From contig CAWDOD010000011.1 of the NCBI GenBank assembly GCA_963803805.1, positions 576,001 through 640,000 of the forward strand: 64,000 nt of DNA, written 5' to 3'. How positions within the stretch are numbered: the first letter of the stretch is position 1; each line of letters starts with the position of its first letter. The translations under genes and the position numbers were made by a program. Positions 62,301-64,000 of the stretch are shown in pieces. The notes under the pieces were generated by a model that did not search any database, was not told the DNA's origin, and worked only from the letters and a program-made list of their open reading frames with translations. This DNA is from an uncultured cyanobacterium (GTDB lineage: Bacteria; Cyanobacteriota; Cyanobacteriia; Cyanobacteriales; CAWCAG01).

Positions 62301-64000
62301 GCCCAGAGGGAAAAGCAACAAGCTGATAAAGCATTGACTACAGCTAGGCAAAGACGCGAAGCAGCAGAAGCTAAGGAGCAAGAAGCAAGGCAAGAATACG
62401 CAGCAGCACAAGCAAATCTTGAGCAGGCTAAGGAGGAGCAAACTAAGGCAGAGGAGAAAAGTCGGGAAGCGGATCAGAATCTGCAATTAGCGCAACAGCG
62501 GCTAAATCAAGCCCAGTCTAACTTAGTGGCGGCAGAGGAAAAGGAAAGAGAGGCGCAACGCAAGGCTGATGAGGCGGAAAGGGAACGAATTTTTGCGGAA
62601 GCGCAAACACAAGTTGCTGAAGAGAAACTAAGAGACGCTGAAAAGCAACAAGAGGAAGCAATAGCAGGGACAAAGCTAGAACGTGCAGGCGTTGCTGCCC
62701 TGAAGAAGTTTGAACGTCAACAATTGAGTGCGCTACTTGCTGCTATGAAAGCAGGGCGAGAATTACAAGAAATTGTTGAAGATGGGCGAACTCTTGCAGA
62801 ATATCCTGCGGCTAGTCCTATGCTTGCTTTACAAACTATTGTGCTTAACATTAGGGAAAAAAATAAACTTGAGCATCAGGGTTTTGTCAACAGTGTAGAA
62901 TTTAGCCCAGATGGAGAGCGTATTGTTACTGCTTCATCTGACGGCACAGCGAAGGTGTGGAACAAACAAGGGCAACTTCTCCACACCTTAGAAGGGCATC
63001 AGGGTGGGGTCAACAGTGCAGAGTTTAGCCCAGATGGGGAGCGTATTGTTACTACTTCATATGACCACACAGCAAAGGTGTGGGATAAACAAGGGCAACT
63101 TCTCCATACTTTAGAAGGTCATCAGGATGGGATATGGAGTGCAGAGTTTAGCCCAAATGGTGAGCGTATTCTTACTGCTTCAGCGGACGGCACAGCGAAG
63201 GTATGGGGCAAACAAGGTCAACTCCTTCATACCCTAGAAGGTCATCAGGATTGGGTCACAAGTGCAGAGTTTAGCTCAGATGGGGAGCGCATTGTTACCG
63301 CTTCAAGAGACAGCACAGCGAAGGTATGGAACAAACAGGGTCAACTCCTCCACACTTTAGAAGAACATCAGGATGCAGTATACAGTGCGGAGTTTAGCCC
63401 AGATGGGGAGCGCATTGTTACTGCTTCAAGGAATAGCCCAGCGAAGGTGTGGGATAAACAGGGTCAACTCCTCCACACTTTAGAAGAACATCAGGATGAA
63501 TTTTTCAGTGCAGAGTTCAGCCCAGACGGTGAGCGTGATGAAGTTTTCAGTGCAGAGTTTAGTCCAGATGGGGAGCGTATTGTTACTGCTTCAGGTGACG
63601 GTACAGCGAAGGTATGGGACAAACAGGGTCAACTCCTCCATACTTTAGAAGGGCATCAGCGTTTGGTTCGGAGTGCAGAGTTTAGCCTAGATGGGGAGCG
63701 TATTGTTACTGCTTCAGCGGACGGTACAGCGAAGGTATGGGATAAACAAGGGCAACTCATCTACTCCTTATCAGGTCATCAGGATGCAGTCTACAGTGCA
63801 GAGTTTAGCCTAGATGGGGAGCGTATTATTACTGCTTCATTTGAAGGTCCAGCGAAGGTATGGGATAAACAAGGGCAACTCATCTACTCCTTATCAGGTC
63901 ATCAGGATGCAGTCTACAGTGCAGAGTTTAGCCCAGATGGGGAGCATATTGTTACTGCTTCAGGAGACCGTACAGCGAAGGTATGGGATAAACAGGGGCA
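59391..64000 (+). CDS. Large protein: degenerate NTPase-like N-terminus, TPR-like helices, STAND NTPase (nSTAND1-like), TM helix, coiled coil, WD40 repeats; runs off the window
   Basis: Absent from ORF track, consistent with no stop before the window end. GTG 59391 after AGGA; EFRLILLRCNY, Walker A IYGESGVGKSS (about 60925), LIFDQFEEFF, RPIELQIVG, YQLVHDYL, then FSPDGERIVTAS..AKVW repeats. Frame spot-checked, not read codon by codon. Confidence 0.88.
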   Translation, partial: MSLSPNNEHKLTELIWEIKASQGEFRLILLRCNYLALQSQILQRLEQLGDIKIVHLQAGDTSLYRRLQTELGQAQTDAVVILGFEVLENVAEFLRNANLNRDRLAQEFPLPLIFCIDEEIYGELLRFAGDLESWGSSVDFCLTTEELLVTIRAGIEAVFAGVLVGEEVTDCPSCREILVASQELLNQGEELEVELQRDLAFLRGQDFFTQGRYDEALAAYHQGLTMLGDNDDKSKLAAFSLQIGFCHFQKGEQATETEEIHHWQQARDIWQQTLASFQGKRQDAKGKSINLPYLPTSPSPYLPTSLQLAEVLHRLEAWQALAGLLPSLQAQQPPEIRAQIAGFRALLALSKQRGEVAQVAANQALDLIAQVPLERQQQRSFYLLLLARAKQELADCQGAFSRQTEAVQLVATDHPKPYLKLLRQLQRHYFDKKEYRLAFLTKLQRRSLEQQYGFRAFIGAGTIANQVVGKKALTASGKREAIAQEIIAFGREEDVKNLAARVGDREHKLTIIYGESGVGKSSLVSGGLVPLLKSKPLGSQDALVMVLRVYTNWLLELGQLCTKALAAKGIVPPTPLTTQEAIIQQLRQCETANLRPVLIFDQFEEFFFLPTTPREKEQFFRFVGSCLEIIPLKVVYSMRKDYLDQMLEQPGLETIAEDILSKNVLYRVGNLAAATVPGIIRSLTERANFPLSPDLVTRLVEDLAGEQATIRPIELQIVGAQLQAEKITTLPQYEARGTKEALVEGYLQAVVADCGPENEQLAELLLLLLTDEKGTRPLKTRGELATELEALGQDLGRLDLVLEIVVKSGLVLLIPEQPEERYQLVHDYLAEFIQQQQQPQLARLQEEFAREREQRLLTQEELAKAEAAKETAIKQTARRIKVGVGVLAMTLLSSAAVLAFAGMRVTEADQRVVKAEKTEQEASKEVKEAEAKISQAEEREAAANQNLKQTEAKVTKVEQEANKARKNLQAAQREKQQADKALTTARQRREAAEAKEQEARQEYAAAQANLEQAKEEQTKAEEKSREADQNLQLAQQRLNQAQSNLVAAEEKEREAQRKADEAERERIFAEAQTQVAEEKLRDAEKQQEEAIAGTKLERAGVAALKKFERQQLSALLAAMKAGRELQEIVEDGRTLAEYPAASPMLALQTIVLNIREKNKLEHQGFVNSVEFSPDGERIVTASSDGTAKVWNKQGQLLHTLEGHQGGVNSAEFSPDGERIVTTSYDHTAKVWDKQGQLLHTLEGHQDGIWSAEFSPNGERILTASADGTAKVWGKQGQLLHTLEGHQDWVTSAEFSSDGERIVTASRDSTAKVWNKQGQLLHTLEEHQDAVYSAEFSPDGERIVTASRNSPAKVWDKQGQLLHTLEEHQDEFFSAEFSPDGERDEVFSAEFSPDGERIVTASGDGTAKVWDKQGQLLHTLEGHQRLVRSAEFSLDGERIVTASADGTAKVWDKQGQLIYSLSGHQDAVYSAEFSLDGERIITASFEGPAKVWDKQGQLIYSLSGHQDAVYSAEFSPDGEHIVTASGDRTAKVWDKQG
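62874..64000 (+). repeat. Nine near-identical 123-bp WD40-coding repeats
   Basis: CATCAG anchor at 62874, 62997, 63120, 63243, 63366, 63489, 63654, 63777, 63900 (one 165-bp interval). Confidence 0.95.

Noticed and set aside
60118-62486. Short ORFs at 60118-60315 (+), 61037-61288 (-) and 62229-62486 (-)
   Set aside because: Alternative-frame or antisense shadows of the long STAND-WD40 ORF starting at 59391.
62874-64000. Diversity-generating retroelement as the source of WD40 variability
   Set aside because: No reverse transcriptase or separate template repeat in the window, and variation is not visibly restricted to adenine positions.

Overview
AT-rich cyanobacterial chromosomal window, identified by frequent HIP1 octamers (GCGATCGC), psaA/psaB and a cpcB-cpcA-cpcC-cpcC-cpcD-pcyA cluster. 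Core genes (fni, holA, cobH, xth, ftsH, purM, rlpA, panC/cmk, ilvE, tRNA-Cys) alternate with signalling and accessory loci: a PAS hybrid kinase flanked by decayed partners, a probable Ser/Thr pseudokinase, a four-GAF phytochrome/cyanobacteriochrome kinase, three tandem amidases, a TPR-CHAT protease, a multiply frameshifted NfeD-flotillin operon and an IS5-family element inside a NACHT gene. The most unusual locus is at the right end: a DUF559-type endonuclease gene embedded in four copies of a C/G-run palindromic repeat (146-bp period), inserted between a P-loop ATPase gene and a large STAND-NTPase/WD40 gene (missing from the ORF track) whose near-identical blades vary at a few fixed codons. 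Also notable is a 33-bp perfect inverted repeat pair 3.6 kb apart bracketing three genes. All family assignments are from motif recognition by eye; no database searches were run.
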